Source of the DNA: Marsupella aquatica
Taxonomy: Eukaryota > Plantae > Marchantiophyta
Length of the DNA: 64,000 nt
Assembly (NCBI GenBank): GCA_973895155.1
Contig: OZ316891.1
Span: forward strand, 31,131,112-31,195,111
Direction: 5' to 3'
This document shows, one piece after another, positions 1-9,479 of the stretch. The notes below the pieces were generated by a model. That model did no database searches. It saw nothing but the letters and a program-made list of their open reading frames with translations, and was not told the DNA's origin. Both the position numbers and the translations under genes were made by a program. Every line of letters starts with the position of its first letter. The first letter of the stretch is position 1.

Positions 1-243
1 TCATGGAACTGCTTGGTACTTTCTCGCTTGCACAAAGAGACAGGGACTGTTGTAGTCTTCATGATCTGGATGCAAGGGAACCGAACTCTATGACAAGAAG
101 CCATCTCATCATACATCTGCTCTGCAGCTCCGTTTCTTGTGGTATCACAATATTCCTTGTACATGTTGTGATAACCTGTACGACTCTGATACGTGGACCC
201 AGATACCGAAGTTCTTAATTGTGGTGGGCTTCTTTTCGAAGAT
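1..243 (-). pseudogene. RPL18A: 60S ribosomal protein L18a (eL20) exon fragment, frameshifted, running off the window edge
   Basis: After a CCAG acceptor the minus strand reads [79 protein letters not shown], matching plant eL20. There is a +1 frameshift after GIWV and R>C changes. No N-terminal exon was recognised nearby. Confidence 0.85.
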
Positions 244-1251
244 CTGGTAGACACATTATTCAGCATTTGCTAACTTCGAAACTAGAAGGGTAACACATTA
301 AACAACAGAGAAACTCACAACATCCTCCTTTGGTCCTTCAGAGTCTATACTTTGATTCTGAAGTTTGACTGAGTTTTTGTTTACTAAAAGAATGTGACTG
401 TGTAAGAGTTCCGTTTGGCAGTGGATTGGTTGAAGCACTTCATGCTAGTGTGTTGTCCACAGCTCTTCAACCAGCTTTCATCTTCCTTGTCTTTCACCAC
501 TTACGATGACATCAATTCAGCTAAGACCATAGAAGGTTCCAAAGCATCTAACTTGTAAAATCGCATTATGTTACATCAAGGACTAAGGTGTTGGGTGCCA
601 AAGGAGACAACACAACAAACACGCTGAAAAGACTTCAGGACTGGGTTCAACAAGGTAGTGAAGGTGCTTAGAGCCATAGTAAGTATGCATTCTGTATCTT
701 TCTCTGTTGATGTGAGCTTGTGCATAATGGGAGTTGTAGTTGGCAAGAGTTCCAAATATGAATAGATCCAGAAGTATGTGATCATGTACTTGCTCTATAA
801 AGTTCTGAAGATATAAGCATTTTCTGTTAGACCAGGCAACTTGGGAGTTGGTAAGTGTCACCTGCATCTGAGGGGCTACACCGGGGCATCAGTGGAGGTT
901 CACTTGCACAACACGACAACCAGTGAATTTTCTCTCTGCTGCAACCTGCAAGGTGAGACTTTCGGTCTTTCTGGATGAAAAAACAGGAGTTTAATATGAT
1001 TGATATACATGTCCATCGAGAATATGGGTTTATCACCAAGCTCTTTGTCTTAGGAAACTCATAAACTCAGAATCAAATATGTACTATGCACGTTTCATGC
1101 TATGTGTATACTATGACCTGTAGTTGGAACCAAGACAATGAGTGGGAACTGATTAGTTTAGGTGGTTGCTGTTGGCGAGGCAAGTCGACCTCCTGCTCAC
1201 CTTGCTCATCAAAGGACGTGAACAGAGGACATCACAACGAAAGCAACACTT

Positions 1252-1701
1252 ATGGTGAGGACCCGCAACGCTGAACATGTGCGACTTGCACGCAAGGCAG
1301 AGATGTTGCGCCTTGAGTATGTCAGACTTGGGATCCTTCCAGCCCAGTCTGCATGGTACTTTGAGTACCCTGTTGTTTCCAGGAACAACTACAGCCGGCC
1401 TCTACCTGCTTCAGTACCCTTCCCGACATCCTTGGTATTTGTGTCTCTTGTACATGACCCGCCACAAATTAGGTGCCAAGGGTGTGTACACAGTTGCCAA
1501 TATGACTGTCCTGCCTGTAGGGCTTCTGGCCCAGAATTGGATGACCGTTCTCTTGGATGCCGATTTTTGCACAGAGCACAATGTATCATCTGGAACCACT
1601 CGCCATCCTGCAGTGTGCCTGGTGATGTCACTTGTCTTGCCCTCCCAGACCCCACCACCGGTGACTTTGGTGTCTACACATGTTTGGATCACATGCTCTA
1701 G
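1252..1701 (+). CDS. Hypothetical Cys/His-rich 149-aa protein (possible zinc-finger remnant)
   Basis: ATG-to-stop ORF with CQGC..C...CPAC..C..LH..C spacing; no family recognised. Confidence 0.3.
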   Translation: MVRTRNAEHVRLARKAEMLRLEYVRLGILPAQSAWYFEYPVVSRNNYSRPLPASVPFPTSLVFVSLVHDPPQIRCQGCVHSCQYDCPACRASGPELDDRSLGCRFLHRAQCIIWNHSPSCSVPGDVTCLALPDPTTGDFGVYTCLDHML

Positions 1702-2316
1702 AGGACCACTTGTCACACCGCATGCACAGACCAGATACCATTGACCTATAGCTTAACACTCTGACTTCAACACAGAGGATATTTACTTAAAATTTTGATG
1801 AATGAGCAATTTTGGGTCCAGGGTTTAGGGTCAACAGTACATAACTTATATCCTATTATGCCTGCACTAAGCAAAATATCCTAATTTAAGAGGCTAGCAA
1901 ACTCGCATAAAAGTCTCTATTGAAAGACTGCTTTCATGACTGCTTTAACCTGGTGAACATTGCAACGTGGAATGAATTAATGGGCCATGTGATAATATGC
2001 AAAATGATTTATGCCTCACTTATTTGTCTCAGCCACTATCATAACCTATTTAGGATGTATAAATTTCAACCCTTATGACACTGCTTCATACCAATCCTCT
2101 TCGAAGAATGCCTGTTTTACATGTCACGACTATTGTATGTGATTCAAATGCATGAAATGTTGTTGCAGATCTCCTTTGGTGAATCATAGCCACAATTAAA
2201 ATTGAGGTGTTGGTGGAGAAATTGTATTAGGGGATCAGTTTTGTGTGTGGGCTCAACATACCAAAAGTATGTGTGCTCTGCATCCTTGTGTGGCCATTCC
2301 AATTCATTGCAGTAGC

Positions 2317-2460
2317 AAATGCCTTTGTACCTTAAATGCTAAATATATTTTACTTTCTGTGCAGTCTGCTAAATTGTAGAGTCTATCTAAATGCCTTTGT
2401 ACCTTAAATGCTAAATATATTTTACTTTCTGTGCAGTCTGCTAAATTGTAGAGTCTATCT
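2317..2460. repeat. Perfect 72-bp tandem duplication
   Basis: aaatgcctttgtacc...gagtctatct occurs at 2317-2388 and 2389-2460, directly before a probable acceptor (GCAG 2466-2469) and the ATG at 2472. Confidence 0.95.
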
Positions 2461-2471
2461 CATGCGCAGGC

Positions 2472-3152
2472 ATGGCACGGCCTAAAATTCAAGCCAAAAA
2501 GCGTGTGACAGAGGTGAGAAACACAGGTGTACTTGGGGCAGATGCTACTAACTTCTCTGCAAGTCAGATTTTCCAGAAGGCAGCTCATTGTTGTGCGATT
2601 TGTGACGATGGTGGGGGCCTGGTCATTTGTGAGGGCCCTTGCATGAGGCATTTCCACCTCAACCCGGAGTCTGACCTTGCTGCAGAAAACAACTGTCCAG
2701 GGGTGGGCCTCTCGTCAACACACCAGGGAGACTGGATGTGCACTGATTGTTTGGAGAAGCAGGCTAAGTGTGCACAATGTGGGAAGTTGGGGTCCTATGA
2801 GGGCTCTGTTGATGCTGCAGCAAATGTTAGGAAATGTCCAGACCGTTTTTGTGTGACATTTTTCTGTTTTGAGTGTTTGCCTGCTCATGCCACAGCTTGC
2901 CCACTTCATAGGTGCAAGGCATGTGGTGAGCATGATGATGACTACTGGACTGACATAGTCCACTGTGCTAGGTGTCCCACTATGTGGCACTATCATTGCC
3001 TGAAAGATCATCAAGCAGAGGGTTATGCTTGTGACAGAGAAATCTATGATCACTCTGCACATGGTGTTGATCGATGGATATTTTATTGTCATCGCCATGC
3101 CATTGATCCTACCTCGCGCACTCCTGTGAGAGATCACATATCTTGGCTGTGA
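2472..3152 (+). CDS. Stand-alone EDM2-type composite PHD-finger protein (226 aa, uninterrupted CDS)
   Basis: CAICDDGGGLVICEGPCMRHFH...CTDC...CAQCGKLGS...CPLHRCKAC...CARCPTMWHYHCL...FYCHRHAIDP..RTPVRDHI follows the EDM2 PHD region, including the terminal TPVRDH motif. Confidence 0.8.
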   Translation: MARPKIQAKKRVTEVRNTGVLGADATNFSASQIFQKAAHCCAICDDGGGLVICEGPCMRHFHLNPESDLAAENNCPGVGLSSTHQGDWMCTDCLEKQAKCAQCGKLGSYEGSVDAAANVRKCPDRFCVTFFCFECLPAHATACPLHRCKACGEHDDDYWTDIVHCARCPTMWHYHCLKDHQAEGYACDREIYDHSAHGVDRWIFYCHRHAIDPTSRTPVRDHISWL

Positions 3153-3744
3153 AGCTGAACATTGTACATGCACAGTGCACCTGATGTGGATGTACTATTT
3201 TTTGAGATTGCAGAGATTCCAATTTTGAAAAGGAGTTGGGTAGGCGAGTTTATATAGGCAGCACTTATCTTGTGCTCTGGCGTCAGTGGCTGGGTACATG
3301 CCTATACAAACTTATCCTTACAAGCCTTCTTGGAAGTATTTAGGCTGAGTGGTCATTTTCATAAACACTTTCATCAGACTGCTAAATTAAAACAGGACTT
3401 CTAAGTTGTAAGCGTATAAATTATCAGGCATGCAATTAATCAAATTGCCCTATAAGTTTGTCATTGAATGTATCCTCCTTTACAACAAAATATGTATGTG
3501 CCATGACAAGTTGGTTGCACTTCATTTCACCACGGATATGGATTTTGTAGTATATATTCAAACAATGTCCTGCATCCGTGCAGGTGCCTAGTACGTATTG
3601 TTCACATATCCCTTGTACCTATCAAAATCGGACCTGAGCACCAGTGGGCCAGATCAACTCAAAAAGCAGGAATTTTGTTGTCCTTGTATTGTCAGGTGAA
3701 CCCATTCTTCCAAAATTCACTGTCATCACGTAGAGTGTGTGTAC

Positions 3745-4617
3745 ATGGAGCCTGGTAAACGTAGAAAGTGTGACCACCCAGCAGTGTTTACAGGGGTCAG
3801 AGCGATTTTGGTCCATGGCCAGCATGGGTTGACCAAAGTGCATTGGCCAACTGTACAGAAATGATTCTCTGAGCTCCATGGCACTGTAGTTCAGGACATC
3901 ACTCCAGAGACTACACATGTTGTTGCAGGGACATGGCTATCAGTGATAAAGAAGTGGTCATGGTCCTACATGAATTCTGCAATTACTAAGCAAGGCCTAA
4001 AAGTAGTTGAGGCCTCTTGGATCACAGATTCCATAGCACATAAGATTGTACAGGATACTGAGCAATATGAGTTGTGGGAGGATGAAGAAGCTTCTGCATC
4101 AGCTTGGGCTGAACAAGAAGTCTGGGAAGCAAAGGCACGGCTTGCTGATCTCCAATATGGACCTGTACTCAACAAAGGACAGAGCTCTACAAGGCTGAAG
4201 TGTATGTTGGCTGAGGAGACGAAGCAACCAACCCCCATTCTGAAAGGGCTGAGCATGGTATTTGTGGAGGCGGGAATTGGAGAGGTTAAGTGCAAAGTGT
4301 ACAAGTCCACAGTGCTTGACCTAGGTGGGACAGTGGAGGAGAATATAACAGAGGACACCACTCATGTCATTACTAAGTCATATCCCAAAGCCTGCCGCAA
4401 GTTTGGGAAGGGAGACATTCGCTTTTATGTCATGTCCCATAATGTGTTTGTGGTTTCATATGCTTGGCTTGTGGAATCAGTAGCAGCTGGGAAGCGTCAA
4501 AACCCAATGGACTATGATCTTTTTGAGGCCTGGCCACGGAAGGGTCAGGATCCTTACAGAGAGGACTATGAGACAACAAGTGAGGAATGGGTCATTAGCG
4601 ATTCTGAATCAGAGTGA
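3745..4617 (+). pseudogene. Tandem BRCT-domain protein with one in-frame stop
   Basis: ATG 3745 is in frame with ORF 3943-4617; TGA at 3862-3864. Two BRCT repeats: VFTGVRAILV..HGTVVQDITPETTHVV..VVEASWITDSI and ILKGLSMVFVE..LGGTVEENITEDTTHVI..VVSYAWLVESV. Confidence 0.75.
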
Positions 4618-5050
4618 GGAGTAGTAGCATCAGTTTGGACACAAGTTTTTTTGTATAAATCAGATCATTGAAATAAATGTGATCTTTGAACTAATGTACC
4701 TTGTTATGGTTGGTGGCAGTTGGGCTTATTTTACTATTGGCGGATTGTTGTTTCCTGCTGCCTGGGGGTGTCATTGTAAACGTACATGCAGAGGCGGTAC
4801 ATTTGAGGACAGCGGAGGAGGTGGTGACACCCTCCAATATTTAGGAATTTTGTGTCATTCACTTGACAATAGGTACACTACTTGCGAACCTGTTTTTTTC
4901 TTTTGGGGTGGTTTAGGGTTTGTGAGAATTTAGTACACGTTATGTTAACTCTTTTGGCAGATACAATCAGGGATATATGGAACACAAATACCACCATTAG
5001 GCATCCTTGTTCACTGCTGTCCATGACTGCAGAGCTCCCAGCCTGTTACA

Positions 5051-5101
5051 ATGCACCCTGGTCACCACCCTCCCTAGACCCAGCCCAGGGCACAGGCACT
5101 G
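5051..5101 (+). pseudogene. Severed 5' tip of CACTA1 tnpD
   Basis: Removing the LTR element and one TSD copy rejoins MHPGHHPP*TQPRAQA-LPLHHPTRISRHD.., which aligns with the CACTA2 tnpD start (KLPLFHPARVQHRD). Confidence 0.65.
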
Positions 5102-5462
5102 TGTGACGGGTACCCCGTCACGGGAAGTCACACATAACTGGTTGCAAAGGCCGATACCTTGTTAATAGTCAATGTAAATAAGCCATTTTTTAATTTTTAG
5201 TTAATTCCGTCATTATAGGTTGATGATGCCCCAGGTGACTTTATATTCTTTCTCTCATAATAGTTCTAAGATTTGCGGCGACCTAAGTGGGCAAATATTT
5301 TGGGACCTTGAAACTAGCCAGGACCAGCCCCATAGGACTTACCGTTTTGCTTCAAGAGCTATTGTTGAGACCCCCATTGCAAAGTCAGGAGAGGGGGGGT
5401 TTTTTTTAAATAAATCCCTCCTCAGGAGGGCGAGTCCCATTAGTGGCCGTCCGAGAGAAAGA

Positions 5463-5835
5463 GGGGCTGCCTCGCGAGCCCATAGGGCTGCGTGCCCGGG
5501 CGATTAATGGGGCTCCGCGAGCTGAAGGGGCTGCCTCGCGAGCCCATAGGGCTGCGTGCCCGGGCAATTAATGAGGCTCCGCGAGCTGAAGGAGCGCAAG
5601 CGAGCGGGGGGGGGGAGTTAAAGGGCCTCCCGTGAGCTGGGAGGATCACGCGAGCGGGGGGGAGTTAAAGGGCCTCCCGCGAGCTGGGAGGATCACGCGA
5701 GCGGGGGGGAGTTAAAGGGCCTCCCGCGAGCTGGGAGGATCACGCGAGCGGGGGGGAGTTAAAGGGCCTCCCGCGAGCTGGGAGGATCACGCGAGCGGGG
5801 GGGAGTTGAAGGGCCTCCCGCGAGCCGGGAGGAAT
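5463..5835. repeat. GC/CG-rich tandem repeats in the 5' LTR (2 x ~65 bp, then 5 x ~47 bp)
   Basis: Unit gcgagcgggggggagttaaagggcctcccgcgagctgggaggatcac at about 5600, 5650, 5697, 5744 and 5791 (last one partial). Confidence 0.92.
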
Positions 5836-6256
5836 GGCCGCGCGCCCTGCATAGGGCCGCGCGCAGGAGGACGCAAGGGTAAGGCCCGAGAAATGGGCCG
5901 GGGCGCATGGCGAAGGCGCCAGGAGTTTTTTCGGTTCTATTTTTTTTTCCTTCCTTTTTCTTTCCCTCTTCCTTTTGCACGACCCTCTCATTGCCGAAAG
6001 CAAAAACGGGGTTCTTCTCTCTCTTGCCGGAAGCTCTCTCCAGATTCTAATTATTTTTGAAGCTCTCTCTTTCATGGTGGATTAGTGGGGCTTGCTGGCG
6101 TCATTCTTCCAGGCATTAGTGGCGGCCGCACGGAGTAGTGACGGGAAATTGAGAGAATTTAAGTGATCGGGCTACGGGGGCTGTTTCGGGCCAGGGAATT
6201 GACATTGCCACGGGTGACGGGATTGGTGATTGAGAAATTGATTTCGGGATGCATGG

Positions 6257-8113
6257 ATGCTAGATCAACCAGAGTTTAGTGCGTCACGCATTCGGAGATA
6301 CAAGGCTGCTTACCGTGACTACGTGGAGACTCGGATTACACGGGAAAGGGAAGAGAGAGAAGTTATGATGAGCACGGGATTGGCAGCGGGTTCCTCACCG
6401 GTGGGTAGGAAGATTTTTCGTCGAATTTATCCCAAGACCTCCACCAAGGTGATGGAGGATTGTCGGAACATTTTCCAAGCCACCGGGCTTACAGAATTCA
6501 TGAAGGTGGAGATTACCATCCCTTCAGGGAAGAGCTGGGACATTGAGGCCGGGATGGAGTTCCGAACGGAGGGAATCTACTTTGAATGTCTCAAACGTGT
6601 AGTGCCCCATGTGGAGTTGGCTAAGCTATTGTTTCTTGAGAATCAGAAATTCTCATTCACACCTCGGAATATCAGGGGAGAACTCACGTTGAAAATGGTG
6701 GCCACTTGGGTGACCAATCCTACCTCCACCACCGCCATCCCTCTTTCTGCTGTCAAGGATGTTGAGTATAAGGGCTTCCTGGCCAAGGTGCATCAACGGG
6801 TTCTTGGCAACGTGCAATCCGGAGTGCTGAATGAGGAGCATTTCGTGGTAGCTATGGACATCAAGAACTACCCAGCCCATGTGTACGGATGGTGGTGCTA
6901 CGGATTGAAGAAGCTATTGGCCGCTGAGCCCGGGAGTGTGAAACCAGGTGGGGCTGTACATTTGATGGGGTCATTTGTATTGGCCAGGGCAGAAGGGTTG
7001 ATTGGTTCTCCGGGGCATGAAGACACGGGATCATCTCTCACCACGGAGATCCGGAGTATTGCCACTACCGTTTTAGGGAAGCTCACGGAGGAATCATTGT
7101 CTGCTGGTGGGGAGGATAATAGAGAAGAAGAGAACCAGGAGGATGATTGCACATTGGAGTGGCTTGAATCACTCGTGGGAGATCCGAAACAGCCTCTGGA
7201 ATACAACATTCCGGATGTTTACTTGGCAGAGCTACGGGATTTCAGAGAGGGAGTCCACGAGGGACTCAAGCTAGTCCACGCATTGAGGGAGTCTCTCAAG
7301 CACGCCACAGTCAAAGTAGAGACGTTAGAGCAGAGCATCCTGTCACTGAAGGAGGTGATCAAGACCAAGGAGCAGACCATTCATGAGAAGGTCAGGCACA
7401 TCAATGCAGCTCACGTAGAGATCACCAACTTGAAGGGAGCTTTGTCCACCAAGGCCAAGGAAGCAGAAGAAGTAGGAGCGTTGAGGCAAGCATTGGCCAA
7501 AGAGAAGCAAAATTCTGGAGAAGTGATGGAGTGGAGGAACCAGGTGGGAGCACTACGGAGTCAGGTGGCAGCCTTTGAGACACGAGCGAAGAGAAGTGAG
7601 GCCCTGAGTCTAGGGAAACGGAAGAGTCCCGGCACACCTGGCTCCACACTTTCCCCGGATGTGATCTCCCAAGCTATCGAGATGGTGGTGAAGGAGGTTA
7701 GTGGGAAGTATGGACCCTTGTTGGATGGAGCCAAGAAGAGTCAGGAGAAGAGTAAGAGCTTGGAGAAGAAGCTCCGGGAGGTACGGAAATCGTTACGGGA
7801 GGCTCAGGTCAGTACGGGGATGCCACCCAGGTCTGTCACCCCCGGGACTCCCATGGCCACGGGGCAAGTTCTACCGTTGGAGTTGCGGTCCGGAGAAGAG
7901 GCTACCCTCTGGAAGGACACAATTGGTGAGGGGTACATCAAGGCGTGGCAGGCCTTGGCTGCTTTGAGGAAGCGCGGGAGCAGCAGCACTAAGAGTACTC
8001 CGTCGAAGAAGAAGAAAAGTACGGTGGCACTCACTCCCGTGAGTGATGAGGAGGAGGACCACTCACGGGGCACAAGTCCGGGCACCGAGAGCGAAGAAGA
8101 AGAGGAGGATTAG
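6257..8113 (+). CDS. LTR-encoded 618-aa protein of unknown function (coiled coil, basic NLS-like motif, acidic tail), 5' LTR copy
   Basis: Uninterrupted 1857-bp ORF lying wholly inside the LTR; heptad-like E/K/L-rich middle-to-C-terminal part, PSKKKK, SP/TP motifs, EEEEED end. Confidence 0.85.
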   Translation: MLDQPEFSASRIRRYKAAYRDYVETRITREREEREVMMSTGLAAGSSPVGRKIFRRIYPKTSTKVMEDCRNIFQATGLTEFMKVEITIPSGKSWDIEAGMEFRTEGIYFECLKRVVPHVELAKLLFLENQKFSFTPRNIRGELTLKMVATWVTNPTSTTAIPLSAVKDVEYKGFLAKVHQRVLGNVQSGVLNEEHFVVAMDIKNYPAHVYGWWCYGLKKLLAAEPGSVKPGGAVHLMGSFVLARAEGLIGSPGHEDTGSSLTTEIRSIATTVLGKLTEESLSAGGEDNREEENQEDDCTLEWLESLVGDPKQPLEYNIPDVYLAELRDFREGVHEGLKLVHALRESLKHATVKVETLEQSILSLKEVIKTKEQTIHEKVRHINAAHVEITNLKGALSTKAKEAEEVGALRQALAKEKQNSGEVMEWRNQVGALRSQVAAFETRAKRSEALSLGKRKSPGTPGSTLSPDVISQAIEMVVKEVSGKYGPLLDGAKKSQEKSKSLEKKLREVRKSLREAQVSTGMPPRSVTPGTPMATGQVLPLELRSGEEATLWKDTIGEGYIKAWQALAALRKRGSSSTKSTPSKKKKSTVALTPVSDEEEDHSRGTSPGTESEEEEED

Positions 8114-9244
8114 ATAGGCGTACGGACGTGGGTGTACGGCCTCCAGATTTCCAACATTTTAGTGGGGGGTCACTCATGGGCTTGTTGGGATGAGCTCGCG
8201 GAGCTGATTCCAACAAGAGGCGGCGCTCCTCAAACGGAGCCAGGATGAGCAAGTTATGGCCTGGAGAACTTATGTTTTTGCGGTACGGAAACGGCCATAA
8301 CTCAGGCGTCTGAAGTCCGTTGAGGGAGCGACTTAGTGATTCGGAAGCAGGAAAAGAAGAGCTATCCAGGGGTGAGCTCAGGTGTGCACTTGGAAGGGCA
8401 CCTAGTTTCGGCCATTTTGGGGTGCCTCTCACTTTCAGGGTTCACGTGTACTGTTGGGGCGCCGTCGAAGGCACCGTCGGCCCCCTTGTTTTGGGTTTAG
8501 GGTTTTAGCAGCATGTGTGTGCCGCATGCTCCTCTTCAGTTTAAGGATTTCTCTTAGTGCAAGGTTTTAGCGGCGCCGCTAGGGTAGCCGCCACCGTTGT
8601 GACCCTGTGAGGGGTGCTTTGGTGTGATTTTTCAGTATTTAGGGGGATAGCCCCGAAGTAGTTAGGGGGACTCAGTGTGAAGTTAGCAAGGAGGGATAGA
8701 GTGGAGCCTGAGGAGTTTGAAAGCGTGTTCAGAGTAGTGAGGGGGAGCCATACTCATTGTCCGGAGAGGCAGGAGTTGAGTAGACGGCAGGAGGCCGGGT
8801 TACTCATGCAATGTGTATCGTTTTTCCCAAGAGATATGGATCTGTACATTTGACTTGATGGGCTTTTGTTGTGTGTTCCTTCTCCCTTTTTCGCTTTCCG
8901 AATTGTGTTCTCCCGTTCTATGATTTGAAGAAACTTGCTTGGTTTGAGTCGGCCTTGTGAGTAGGGGTGGTGACAGCACTCTTTGGGTGACTCCGAGTGA
9001 AGGTGTAGTGGGGTAGTCGGCAGGACTTGATCAAAAGCTGTGGGGTGAGGGTAGTCGGTAGACTTGATCAAAACCTACATTTCCGGGAGCGGAAACCAAA
9101 ATACTCATCCTGGTGTGAAAAGAATCCAAATAGCGTCCCTCCACGACCCCGTAATACGATACCAACGGTTTAAGCGAAGAAAAGTGCGGTTTGCACGTAT
9201 TAACCGTTGGAGAGGCAAGTGACATAAGTGTGGTCTTTTGTTTT

Positions 9245-9262
9245 TGGCGCCGCTGCCGGGGA
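9245..9262 (+). other. Primer-binding site, tRNA-Asp type
   Basis: TGGCGCCGCTGCCGGGGA, one mismatch to the complement of the plant tRNA-Asp 3' end (TGGCGCCGTTGCCGGGGA); it starts 20 nt after the LTR end. Confidence 0.85.
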
Positions 9263-9479
9263 ATCCTTCTTCTTGTTTGACGACACGAAGGAGGGGAGCT
9301 ACGTCTATTGGGAGTTCAAACCTATCAACCACAACGCAACTTGCGACGGTTGATACATGAGAAGTTTGTTGGTTACTTTGTTATTGTACGTCAACCACAA
9401 CGCATCGTGCGACGGTTGATGTTTACAAATATTGCTTTCTGAGACATTGGTGTAAGTTTGGAATGCAGGTCTCAATGGG

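Larger units (their letters stand above)
5102..9224 (+). repeat. 5' LTR (4123 bp)
   Basis: Starts TGTGACGGGTACCCCGTCAC, ends GGCAAGTGACA; repeated at 15843-19917. Confidence 0.95.

Noticed and set aside
3-218. 71-aa plus-strand ORF
   Set aside because: Antisense shadow of the RPL18a fragment.
300-1080. Fragmentary minus-strand ORFs (576-1039)
   Set aside because: Possibly decayed coding DNA, but I could not recognise a family or a consistent frame.
6257-8113. LTR ORF as an envelope gene
   Set aside because: No signal peptide or convincing transmembrane helix is visible; the protein is charged and coiled-coil-like with an NLS-like motif.
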